Shown here one piece after another: positions 1 to 7,891 of a DNA stretch of 31,748 nucleotides. The stretch spans positions 1-31,748 of IMG/VR virus record IMGVR_UViG_3300024581_003596; one strand, 5' to 3'. This DNA comes from a virus. Each line of letters opens with the position of its first letter. Positions within the stretch are counted from its first letter, which is position 1. Both the position numbers and the translations under genes were made by a program. The notes under the pieces were generated by a model. The model made no database searches. It had not been told where the DNA came from and worked only from the letters and a program-made list of their open reading frames with translations.

Positions 1-98
1 TTCCTGTTAAGTTGGTTTCTGGACTCCAACTTGAATAATGTATTTTACCCCAATCTATTGTATTGCTCATTTTATTCGTTTTTATGTAGGTACGTCAC
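1..98. repeat. Terminal direct repeat, copy 1 (identical to 31651-31748). It marks the assembly overlap of a circular or circularly permuted genome. Positions 1-70 duplicate the 5' end of the CDS 30920-31720.
   Basis: Read directly: 98/98 nt identical between both window ends. The minus-strand ATG at 68-70 equals the ATG at 31718-31720. Confidence 0.95.
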
Positions 99-858
99 TA
101 CTTCTTGTTACTCCATTCGTTAATGTTCCGTCATTACCACCGCTACCGCTATCTGTCGCAGTTGTTCCTGTTCCTTCAAATCGCCACCACGTTATTGGTG
201 TTGCGCTTAAATCATCTAGATTATTAGGTACTCCACTATTGTAAATTGCAGTAACATCATCTGACGATAATGCAGTTGTCCAAATTGCAGCTTCATCAAC
301 TAAACCGTTAATTGGGTTTGAACCATTATTTTCAGCACCTACGGAATACTTTTCTATTGTGCTGGAGTTTAATGTGCCACTTGCCAATGTATTTGTAACT
401 TTTAAAACACCGTCTTCGTAAACTTTTGCAGTCGTTGTTGCACCATCCCAAGTAAAACAAAGGTGATGCCATTGTCCGTCTACTAAATTTGCTACGCCTA
501 AATTTGTACCACCTCCTAATACAGCAAAAGAATTACCATATTCGCCTTTTACTATATAACTAAAAGTACCTTGAGTATTGCTATATAATGCTGAGTTTTG
601 TTTAATTTCAACGTGTTTGCCTACAAATAATAACCTACCTAAAGTTGTATACACGCTTGATTTAAACCATACAGAAACACTCATAGCCGTACCACTACTT
701 AAATGAGTATATGCCGCATTCGATACGACATAGTCATCTATGCCGTCAAATTCTACGCTTTTCGTATTAGAAAAAGACGAACTACCTACTTTAGCACCTT
801 GCCCGTAGCCTATCGTATTATTAACTGCACCTTGTCCATATCCTATTGTATTTGCCAT
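82..858 (-). CDS. LamG/ConA-like lectin-fold tail fibre / receptor-binding protein, paralogue A
   Basis: 258-aa ORF. LamG-type signature seen in the translation: SVEFDGIDDYV, SVSVWFK, WHHLCFTWDG, INGLVDEAAIWTTALSSDDVTAIYNSGVPNNL, WWRF. The N-terminus carries tandem NTIGYGQGA x2. It lies 1 nt after the tailspike gene and ends in DVPT, like the paralogue at 30920-31720. Confidence 0.7.
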   Translation of the reverse strand: MANTIGYGQGAVNNTIGYGQGAKVGSSSFSNTKSVEFDGIDDYVVSNAAYTHLSSGTAMSVSVWFKSSVYTTLGRLLFVGKHVEIKQNSALYSNTQGTFSYIVKGEYGNSFAVLGGGTNLGVANLVDGQWHHLCFTWDGATTTAKVYEDGVLKVTNTLASGTLNSSTIEKYSVGAENNGSNPINGLVDEAAIWTTALSSDDVTAIYNSGVPNNLDDLSATPITWWRFEGTGTTATDSGSGGNDGTLTNGVTRSSDVPT

Positions 859-859
859 A

Positions 860-2341
860 TTATTCTCTTATTACTAATTGTATGTCCCTTATTAAAATAT
901 CGTCATTACTACCAGTATTTTCTACATAAATTTCTATATAGTCTGTATTATTCATTAATACACCATATGTTAAACTCGTACTTAATTCTGATGCATCACC
1001 ACCACCTCTAATAGTTGTCTGTGATCCAGCTAATACAGAACCATTTTTGTAAAAATGAAAAGTATAATCGTCACTACCACCACCTTGTTTTTGATACGCT
1101 ATTGTACCATGTATTGATACATATATTTGTTTAGTACCATTATATGTACATCTACCAGCACCACTAACAGAAAATCGTACTGCACTTTGGCTTACTGCTG
1201 ATCCATTAGTATTAATTATTGCTGGTACTCCATTAGTTAATGCAGTATCCGTAGTATTTCCAGTCATAGTCATAACTACTCCTGATGTGCTATTCAATAT
1301 TCCTTGATTAGCAAATATGTCATAGTTATATGTTGCAGTCTGAGAGTAATCAGGTAAAGTACCTTGAACCGGTAAAAATACTTCACCGGTAGTTAAACCA
1401 GTATTTACAAAAGCATTGCTCGAAATAGTACCAAATCCTGTTGTGCTTGATGTATTTATTTCGATTCCGTTTTGTGTTTGTTGTGGGTGAATAATACAAC
1501 CGTTGATGTTTACTGCACCAAATGAACTAAGATTATTAGCACTTAATTTAATCATTGATGCTGTAGCATATCCACTTGGTGTTGGTAGAGTAGATTCGTC
1601 AAACCAACGTATAAATTCGCAACTTGTGATCTGAAGCTTACTAACGTCTTCAAACGTACACCCATCAGTTGTAGCTTTCACATAAAAGAATAAGCATTGA
1701 CTTATATCTATTAAATCAAATCCAGATACTTGCATGACGTTATAAGTACCTCTAAATTGACAATTCGATATTGATAAAACTTTGTCTCTGCCGTCATTAT
1801 AACTTGTACCGTCTACGTTTGTTCCTCTAAGTATTGTGTTACCTGATGTAGTAGCACTAAACTTAAGATTGCTTAAATTAAAATCAACATCACTAACTCG
1901 TAAAAAGCTACCACTACCAGCCCATACCATTTCATCGGTATTTCTATCTAGACCAATTATCTCGCATCCATTTGCTGTAACATTACGTAATGATGTAAAT
2001 GTAATAGAACCACGTATAACATATGTTGTATTTGCTACTAATGTACTAGGTAAATCTGTAGCTCTCGTAACTTCTACTATGTTTCTACCATTTGCATTTG
2101 TTCTGTCAAATTTACCCCCGTCAAATGCTAAACTCGTACCAATACTTGCCGTTCTTGCACCAACAATAGTATCATCAGCGGAATATATAGTATTAGGAGA
2201 TGATCCAGATGTTAACTCTGACCCAGTTATATATTTAGATACATAACCACCAGCTCCATCATCTTCTGAGATAATCAGTAAATCCGTTGTATCTAAATTA
2301 GCACCCTTTGCCGTTAAGTCGCTTATCTTTATTTCTGCCAT
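860..2341 (-). CDS. Tailspike / tail fibre protein, probably with a right-handed beta-helix (possible glycan depolymerase)
   Basis: 493-aa ORF. The N-terminus (MAEIKISDLTAKGANLDTTDLLIISE) looks like a phage spike anchor. The S/T/N/G-rich centre has recurring Cys-containing turns (NCQFRG, SQCLFF, TSCEFI, INGCIIH). It lies upstream of the LamG genes. The fold call is inference. Confidence 0.55.
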   Translation of the reverse strand: MAEIKISDLTAKGANLDTTDLLIISEDDGAGGYVSKYITGSELTSGSSPNTIYSADDTIVGARTASIGTSLAFDGGKFDRTNANGRNIVEVTRATDLPSTLVANTTYVIRGSITFTSLRNVTANGCEIIGLDRNTDEMVWAGSGSFLRVSDVDFNLSNLKFSATTSGNTILRGTNVDGTSYNDGRDKVLSISNCQFRGTYNVMQVSGFDLIDISQCLFFYVKATTDGCTFEDVSKLQITSCEFIRWFDESTLPTPSGYATASMIKLSANNLSSFGAVNINGCIIHPQQTQNGIEINTSSTTGFGTISSNAFVNTGLTTGEVFLPVQGTLPDYSQTATYNYDIFANQGILNSTSGVVMTMTGNTTDTALTNGVPAIINTNGSAVSQSAVRFSVSGAGRCTYNGTKQIYVSIHGTIAYQKQGGGSDDYTFHFYKNGSVLAGSQTTIRGGGDASELSTSLTYGVLMNNTDYIEIYVENTGSNDDILIRDIQLVIRE

Positions 2342-2404
2342 TTTCTACTTTTTTTATATACTTTTCAAGCTTTCGTATATTTTCTGCTTTTATTTTATAC
2401 TTTC

Positions 2405-2905
2405 TCATAATACCCAACCAGTGTATGATGTATCTTGATCAGGAAAAACATCAGGTGAACTATTTTGATAATATTCAGGAAAACTACTAGAATTATTAAT
2501 TACATAATCAATAAATCTCTGCTTATAATTAACCGCTGTTTGTCTTTGTTTTTCTACTAAAAAATCAACTTCTTGCTTAGATACTGTTTCACTATTTTCT
2601 GCACCATGTTTATAAACACCTTTATTTGATATTGTATATGCCGCATGTGGCAAATATTCCACCATTCCATAATGAATTAAGCAAGGCTTAATATATGTTG
2701 TTAGAAGTGATGTATATGGCTCTGATAATGTTCCTGCGACTATATCTGCTTGTATTTTTTCTAATAATCTAGTGCCTAACATTGCTTGTATATGAATATC
2801 TTGTGCTATAGCTACAAATTGAATAAATTTATCTGTATCTACACCTCCATTTACTGCTGTAAATCGTATAATATCATCTCTAGTTATTAATAATGCTTTC
2901 GCCAT
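2405..2905 (-). CDS. Virion protein, possible gp6-like head-tail connector/adaptor
   Basis: 166-aa ORF 3 nt downstream of the portal gene. The N-terminus (ITRDDIIRFTAVNGG..DKFIQFVAIAQDIHIQAMLG) weakly resembles head-tail connector proteins. Confidence 0.4.
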   Translation of the reverse strand: MAKALLITRDDIIRFTAVNGGVDTDKFIQFVAIAQDIHIQAMLGTRLLEKIQADIVAGTLSEPYTSLLTTYIKPCLIHYGMVEYLPHAAYTISNKGVYKHGAENSETVSKQEVDFLVEKQRQTAVNYKQRFIDYVINNSSSFPEYYQNSSPDVFPDQDTSYTGWVL

Positions 2906-2908
2906 ATC

Positions 2909-4672
2909 TTATCCTTTATAGTTTGGGTGATGTCCATTATTTGGCATATCTTTTGGTGCTATCTTAGAATCTCTATTTCCTGACGGAGATGGCTTATATT
3001 GACTAGGTATTGAACTAACTTCATCAGAACTGCTTAAAGCTTTATCTTCATAATAAGTACCATCTGCTTTTTTCTTTAGTCGATAGAGTTGCTCAGTCCA
3101 TACATGTCCACAATTAACTCCGCCTTTGAAGCGAAATAAACTATAATTCTGACCTTTATGACCGAATGAATTATTTACTCCTTGAAAAGATGCCATATCT
3201 ATATCTTCTTTGCGATATACTACACCACTTCTTGTTCTATTCATCATTTTTTTACAAAAATCTCTTGAATTATCTGAAGTATATTTTTCTGTGTATTTGT
3301 ATCTAACCTTATAGATCGATTTATCTAATGAACTTTTTCTATTAGGATAGCTTTTAATAATATCAGAAAGCTTCTGTAAAGTGCTTTTATTTTTATTCTC
3401 TACGTTTTCTATCCAATTATTTAAATTAGCATTTTCTTCACTATATTCTCTTTCATCTATAAGCTCATATATTTCACTTATTTCTTCTCCTTGTAAATGT
3501 TCAAGTATATGATCTCCTTCAGCATCAGAAAAATCTTTTTTTAATTCAACATTAGATTCTTCTTCTTCTTGATCATCATTATTTTCTAAATCAGTAAATT
3601 CTAAAGGCTTTAATGTTTTAAAATATAAAGTCAAGCTTACTTCATTATATGCTAGTATTTCGTCAAAGGCATCGATCAATAATTCTCTAAAAGGATTTAT
3701 AACCATGTTTTCAAACAATATAAAGCTATCTCTTAACTCATCAGCATTAGAACTAAATCCATTGCTACTTGCTATTCCAAATAATAAAGGAGAAGTTATC
3801 TGATGTCCTAACATGATCTTTCTAAGACATTCTTCTGCTAATGTAGAATATAAATCTGGTGCATCATTTACTGGCATAGAATCAACTGTTGTAGCTGATT
3901 CACTATTATTATTAAAAGAAATTATGACTTTCTCACCATGTGTTCCAGTTAATTGATTAAGCACTTTAGATTTAATCATCTGCTTTTCTTCTTGAGATGG
4001 CTGACCGTTATTAAAGTTGATCAAAACACGACCGCTAAAGCCTGAATTTACTTCAGTAATTAAGTAGTCTGATATTGATTCTTCAAGAGTGCAATATGGC
4101 GTCGATCCCACATAATCTGGAAGACTATAATATTTTAAACCTACACTATATGGCTTAATTACATATAATTCTAAAGCATCATTAGAGCATCCATAAGCTG
4201 CTATTCTTTTTGGCTTATATTTTTTAATATCAGACCAATCATCAGAATAATAATAAGCTTCTATTTTACCTTCTTCATTACACTTTTCAGCACGTAAAAG
4301 CTGCACAGGCATGTGATGTACAGATGCAATTTTTTTACGATCTTTAGTATAAATTACCTGCATAGCACATTGACCAAGCATTTTAAGATCTGTGCATAAA
4401 TGTCTCACACAATCTTTACTAAATAAAGACATCATGTGGGCGTATTCATTTGGCTTTCTAGACGCATCTACTGCACTTAATCCTTTTCCATAAATTAAAC
4501 GGCTTACATTATTGATTATAGCATTATTTGTAGTGCTTTTAGTATAACAATCTATAAGAAAATTATAATAATCATTAGACTCTCCAAATTCTACCCAATC
4601 TTCACGTTTAGCTTCCTTTATTACAGGAGGCTCATAAGCTGCTAATTGCAATATATGTACATTATCACTCAT
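2909..4672 (-). CDS. Portal protein with C-terminal MuF/SPP1-gp7-like minor-head domain
   Basis: The frame is open to 4717. The MSDNVHIL start at 4672 overlaps the upstream stop by 8 nt (ATGAGTGA), which matches the genome-wide packing. Size is about 590 aa. The C-terminal segment SRDFCKKMM...FKGGVNCGHVW resembles the MuF-type Cys/His motif. The family call is from memory. Confidence 0.65.
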   Translation of the reverse strand: MSDNVHILQLAAYEPPVIKEAKREDWVEFGESNDYYNFLIDCYTKSTTNNAIINNVSRLIYGKGLSAVDASRKPNEYAHMMSLFSKDCVRHLCTDLKMLGQCAMQVIYTKDRKKIASVHHMPVQLLRAEKCNEEGKIEAYYYSDDWSDIKKYKPKRIAAYGCSNDALELYVIKPYSVGLKYYSLPDYVGSTPYCTLEESISDYLITEVNSGFSGRVLINFNNGQPSQEEKQMIKSKVLNQLTGTHGEKVIISFNNNSESATTVDSMPVNDAPDLYSTLAEECLRKIMLGHQITSPLLFGIASSNGFSSNADELRDSFILFENMVINPFRELLIDAFDEILAYNEVSLTLYFKTLKPLEFTDLENNDDQEEEESNVELKKDFSDAEGDHILEHLQGEEISEIYELIDEREYSEENANLNNWIENVENKNKSTLQKLSDIIKSYPNRKSSLDKSIYKVRYKYTEKYTSDNSRDFCKKMMNRTRSGVVYRKEDIDMASFQGVNNSFGHKGQNYSLFRFKGGVNCGHVWTEQLYRLKKKADGTYYEDKALSSSDEVSSIPSQYKPSPSGNRDSKIAPKDMPNNGHHPNYKG

Positions 4673-4997
4673 ATATAATAAATTCATTATTTGATGCCCT
4701 GCTAGTAAATTCACCATTATTAATTGAATAAGTAGCGACAGGCTGATTAGTGCAAAAAATACGATCTAGATGTACTATATCAGATCCATTTTTAATAGTA
4801 AGATCATAAAAATGATTTTCTTTAATATCAAAAGTAGCTGTTATTGTATCATAATAATCTCCTTGACTGCTTGATGCAATAGTTATTTCTACTTCACTAT
4901 TTGTTTGATCATCTCTTACAAACATGCTATCATACACCTGAGATCTAGGTATAAAACTAAATGTCTGCTCTGTTGCTATTTCTTGCAATATAATCAT
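4665..4997 (-). CDS. Hypothetical protein of the head module
   Basis: 110-aa ORF, translationally coupled to the portal gene. No motif recognised. Confidence 0.6.
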   Translation of the reverse strand: MIILQEIATEQTFSFIPRSQVYDSMFVRDDQTNSEVEITIASSSQGDYYDTITATFDIKENHFYDLTIKNGSDIVHLDRIFCTNQPVATYSINNGEFTSRASNNEFIIYE

Positions 4998-5053
4998 CTA
5001 GTATAATAACTAAATTACATATTTTTTGTTTCTGTTTGTCAATATGATCACAT

Positions 5054-5080
5054 AAAAAAAAGGGAGTTATTAACTCCCTT
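5054..5080 (-). terminator. Intrinsic terminator downstream of the stand-alone gene 5147-5401
   Basis: Minus strand reads GGGAGTT-AAT-AACTCCC (7-bp stem) followed by TTTTTTTT. Confidence 0.8.
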
Positions 5081-5146
5081 TATCTTATCTCGGCTTTCGC
5101 ACAGGCTCCGAGGTAGCTCTTTTAAAGTGCTTTTTGGTTACTAATT

Positions 5147-5401
5147 TTAGTGTTTTATTACTCTTAATCTATCCTTCCAAGACTCAAATTTTTTCATATC
5201 TCTTTGCTCTAATCTCTCTCGGTCTAAGTCTGTCATTCTACTTGAAGATGCTTTCCTGTCAAGCCACTTCTCTACTATGTATTGTTCTACTTCCTCAAAT
5301 ATAAACTCGGTTTCCCTTTTAATTTGGTCTTGATTTAAGTCTGCATTCCAAGTACGATCATAGAACTTACCGTCAAAGTTAAATTGAATTGTTGTTTTCA
5401 T
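5147..5401 (-). CDS. Small stand-alone (moron-like) hypothetical protein, 84 aa
   Basis: The ORF is bracketed by its own promoter/leader cassette (5402-5480) and its own terminator (5054-5080), inside the structural module. Confidence 0.7.
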   Translation of the reverse strand: MKTTIQFNFDGKFYDRTWNADLNQDQIKRETEFIFEEVEQYIVEKWLDRKASSSRMTDLDRERLEQRDMKKFESWKDRLRVIKH

Positions 5402-5480
5402 TGTGTGTTTTTTTAAGTGTGTTAATTATTAATTACAGTGCTAATATAGGCATAATGTATATACAAAAAAAGTTTTGCAG
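5402..5480 (-). promoter_or_regulatory. Promoter/leader cassette A: palindrome TGTATATACA (5456-5465), TAnnTTAG box (5441-5448), leader AACACACTTAAAAAAACACACA-ATG
   Basis: One of four near-identical cassettes; the others are at 19897-19965, 21868-21933 and 28180-28255. Confidence 0.55.
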
Positions 5481-5508
5481 TATTTTTTTTTGTTTTTTTT
5501 CATGTAAT

Positions 5509-5537
5509 AAAAAAAGCGCCCATTATTGAGCGCTTAT
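5509..5537 (-). terminator. Intrinsic terminator ending the capsid transcription unit
   Basis: Minus strand reads AAGCGCTC-AATAAT-GGGCGCTT (8-bp stem including one G.U) followed by TTTTTTT. It lies about 30 nt after the TAA at 5566-5568. Confidence 0.75.
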
Positions 5538-5565
5538 CATTATGAAAGGAATATAAGAAAGAATC

Positions 5566-5760
5566 TTATGAAGTTACAATATTTCCATCATCAGTTCCAT
5601 TATTGAATACTGCTTCAAGAGTTGCTTCAGATGAACAATCTATAAAGAGAGGTGGAAGCTCCTCCTCTGCAGTGAAAGTCAATTGATAACCATTAAAATC
5701 TCCAAGAGCAGCACCTGATCCTATAGTACCAGCACTTACGTCACATCCTTGAGCAAATCC
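5566..5760 (-). other. ATG-less 64-codon open frame, in frame with and directly following the TGA of CDS 5761-6150 (candidate readthrough extension)
   Basis: My own translation: GFAQGCDVSAGTIGSGAALGDFNGYQLTFTAEEELPPLFIDCSSEATLEAVFNNGTDDGNIVTS, then TAA. It has no start codon of its own, and the terminator follows it. Confidence 0.5.
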
Positions 5761-6150
5761 TCATAAGAAAAATTGATCTTTCATATTTCGGCAGATTATT
5801 CTCGGACGTCCATAAGAAAGCAATTTTACTTGCTTATGAGTAACTACATCTTGTCTTTTTAAATTAACTACTAATTCTTGAGAAAAGAAAGTTGTTCCAT
5901 TATCTCTAGATGCATTAATTGTTGTATTCAACGCGTTAGCTGTTGATTTTAATTCATACTTGTACAAATTTAAAGCTGTAGCTGTATCTACAGGCGTCCA
6001 TGTATCAAGTTGATCTTCTTGATCTGTAGTAGTATCAAAAACAGCTGAATCTTCATTTAGATCATCGTAATTTACTATATAAATTGCTTTTAATCCAGAA
6101 ACACTATCCTTGCACTCTTCTACGCGACCGTGGCTAATCTCACATGCCAT
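5761..6150 (-). CDS. Virion structural protein encoded after the major capsid gene (possibly tail-tube or head-decoration type); ends at an in-frame TGA
   Basis: 129-aa ORF located between the hairpin that follows the capsid gene and the extension frame. No family recognised. Confidence 0.6.
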   Translation of the reverse strand: MACEISHGRVEECKDSVSGLKAIYIVNYDDLNEDSAVFDTTTDQEDQLDTWTPVDTATALNLYKYELKSTANALNTTINASRDNGTTFFSQELVVNLKRQDVVTHKQVKLLSYGRPRIICRNMKDQFFL

Positions 6151-6178
6151 AGGTATAAAATTTTTTTTGTTTATAATA

Positions 6179-6200
6179 GAGAGGGTTTTTACACCCTCTC
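6179..6200 (-). terminator. Stem-loop right after the capsid gene (attenuating terminator or mRNA stabiliser)
   Basis: Minus strand reads GAGAGGGT-GTAAAA-ACCCTCTC (8-bp stem) followed by TATTATAAAC. The U-tract is imperfect. Confidence 0.4.
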
Positions 6201-6214
6201 GTTAATTAATCATC

Positions 6215-7177
6215 TTAGTTAGCAGAATTTACGATTCCGTAAGTTACTACATCATCAACAATAGCATATTGAGCTCCTGCAGCCATTCTCATAATAATTC
6301 TAACATTATTAGAACCATCAAGATCTGACATATCTAACAATTTAACTTCTTGAAGATCACTTTGTAGTGAACATCCAAAGAATAAGTTAGATTTTTGAGC
6401 AGCTAAAGCTGTATTATCAGCAAGACCATTTGCCATGAAGATTTTAACACCGTCAAAAGTTAATGCTCCATTGTCATACCATTGAGTACCTTGAGCATTA
6501 GTACCATTAGCACCTAATCCAGAAGCACCAAAACCGCCCAAAGCTCTAATATAAGCTCTTGCAATATTTTGTGACACATAAATGTGAAGATCCTCAGCAC
6601 CATAGACTGTTGATGGAAGAGCATCGATTATACTTCCTAGCTCATCGATAACGTTCGCAGCAGTCACCGTAGTTCCAGCAACTTCTTGTGCAGCTGGTAA
6701 ATCTGCATCTACAGCTAATTGTGTCATGATACCATCATATTCACCTGATGTTCCTGTAGCTCCTCTCCAGAAATTTACTTCATTTCTAGCAGCAACTTTA
6801 GAAGCAACATATCCAAGAATATAATCTTCAAAAGATTTAGGTAAAGTATCAAAGCTTGAATATCCTTGCTCAATTCCTTGCCATGTATTATGAAAGTCAT
6901 TTTTGCAAATTTCAAGATTTACCATAAGATCTTTAACTTCAAGAACTCTTTCAGACAATGTGATAGCATCATCTGTTCTAGTAAAGTCACATGTAGCATC
7001 TGCTAAAACGTCTGTCAATGCAACTTTCTGCATGATCTGCTTAAATTTAATATTTGGAAGGATTTCAACTCCTCCTCTTTCAATAGTTGGGGCGCTTAAA
7101 AGAGCGGCCGCCACGTACTTACCTGCGAATTCACCTGCGTAAGTAGTAGTAATTGATGTAATTGATTTTTCTGCCAT
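6215..7177 (-). CDS. Major capsid protein, HK97 fold
   Basis: 320-aa ORF directly after an acidic scaffold gene. Size, Ala/Gly-rich composition and the segment LEVKDLMVNLEICKNDF are typical of HK97-type capsid proteins. Confidence 0.75.
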   Translation of the reverse strand: MAEKSITSITTTYAGEFAGKYVAAALLSAPTIERGGVEILPNIKFKQIMQKVALTDVLADATCDFTRTDDAITLSERVLEVKDLMVNLEICKNDFHNTWQGIEQGYSSFDTLPKSFEDYILGYVASKVAARNEVNFWRGATGTSGEYDGIMTQLAVDADLPAAQEVAGTTVTAANVIDELGSIIDALPSTVYGAEDLHIYVSQNIARAYIRALGGFGASGLGANGTNAQGTQWYDNGALTFDGVKIFMANGLADNTALAAQKSNLFFGCSLQSDLQEVKLLDMSDLDGSNNVRIIMRMAAGAQYAIVDDVVTYGIVNSAN

Positions 7178-7181
7178 TTTT

Positions 7182-7823
7182 TTATTTATTTAATTTTTCA
7201 AATATATTATCCATAAGTGTTTTTGGTCTATTGGCACTAAACTTAAACACTTCTTTTTCTTCTTTATTTTCAGGATTATGAGCAATAGGCTCAGTCGCTG
7301 GTTCTAATGTTTCAGCTTCTAAATTTACTCCGTTTTCTGATTCTTCTTTCTTATCTTCTGTTATGTCAGGCTTAGATAGTAATTCGATCTCAGCTTTAAG
7401 ATCTTCATTTTCTTTTTTCAAAGCTTCAATTTCAGTAAAAAATGTTTCTTTTACTATAGATTCAACAGTCTTTTTGACTGGTTTTTTCTCCTCTGCCATT
7501 TCCTCTTCTTTTTCTTCATATCCAGCTTCTTCTTTCTCCTCTTCTTCTTCCATTTTTTTATCTTCTTCTGCTTCTTCTGCTTCTTTAATTTGAGCAATAA
7601 TACCTTCTTGCTGTACAATTAATAGTTGACCATCTTCCATTTTATATTCACCTACAGGTAAAGCTATTTTTTGCTCATCTTCAGTTACTATAAATATTTC
7701 TGCTTCTGGTTCGAAAGCATCTGCTTCTACTACTGTAACACCATCTTCTAATTTACGCTGCTCAAGTTCTATTGGCATGCCTAATAGTGTTCTTACTTTG
7801 TTTAAAACTGTATTCGTGTTCAT
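7182..7823 (-). CDS. Scaffolding protein
   Basis: 213-aa ORF, highly acidic and helical, with an E/K-rich run (EEAEEAEEDKKMEEEEEKEEAGYEEKEEEMAEEKK). It lies immediately upstream of the capsid gene. Confidence 0.65.
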   Translation of the reverse strand: MNTNTVLNKVRTLLGMPIELEQRKLEDGVTVVEADAFEPEAEIFIVTEDEQKIALPVGEYKMEDGQLLIVQQEGIIAQIKEAEEAEEDKKMEEEEEKEEAGYEEKEEEMAEEKKPVKKTVESIVKETFFTEIEALKKENEDLKAEIELLSKPDITEDKKEESENGVNLEAETLEPATEPIAHNPENKEEKEVFKFSANRPKTLMDNIFEKLNK

Positions 7824-7891
7824 GCTAAAATGTTATTATTTTATATACTAACTACATTATAAAAAATCTGTTTCATTTTCAATATAAAAAG

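Noticed and set aside
82-858. Diversity-generating retroelement acting on the two LamG genes (template/variable repeat pair).
   Set aside because: No reverse transcriptase ORF exists anywhere in the genome. The paralogues differ throughout rather than at adenine-specific positions in a short C-terminal variable region.
4673-4717. The longer portal start (MVNLLAGHQIMNLLY...).
   Set aside because: It would overlap the upstream gene by 53 nt. The ATG at 4672 gives the 8-nt overlap style used throughout the genome. This is not decisive without homologue alignment.
5098-5105. A c-di-GMP-I (GEMM-I)-like word, CGCACAGG, on the plus strand.
   Set aside because: This is only an 8-nt match on the non-transcribed strand. 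The rest of the GEMM-I consensus and its two-hairpin architecture are absent.
5761-5763. Genome-wide reassignment of TGA (code 4/25-type recoding) as the explanation for the in-frame TGA.
   Set aside because: TGA closes at least ten other well-delimited genes, often in ATGA overlaps with the next start. Their lower ends are at 2405, 4665, 11729, 15213, 15752, 16215, 21126, 22739, 24623 and 24955. Those ORFs end where the next gene begins. Only the 5761 site is followed by a long open frame, so a local event is the more economical explanation.
7480-7600. An apparent DNA repeat (ttcttc/tcttct runs) in the scaffold gene, considered as a tandem repeat or CRISPR-like element.
   Set aside because: It is simply the coding sequence of a Glu/Lys low-complexity tract, with no spacer-repeat periodicity.
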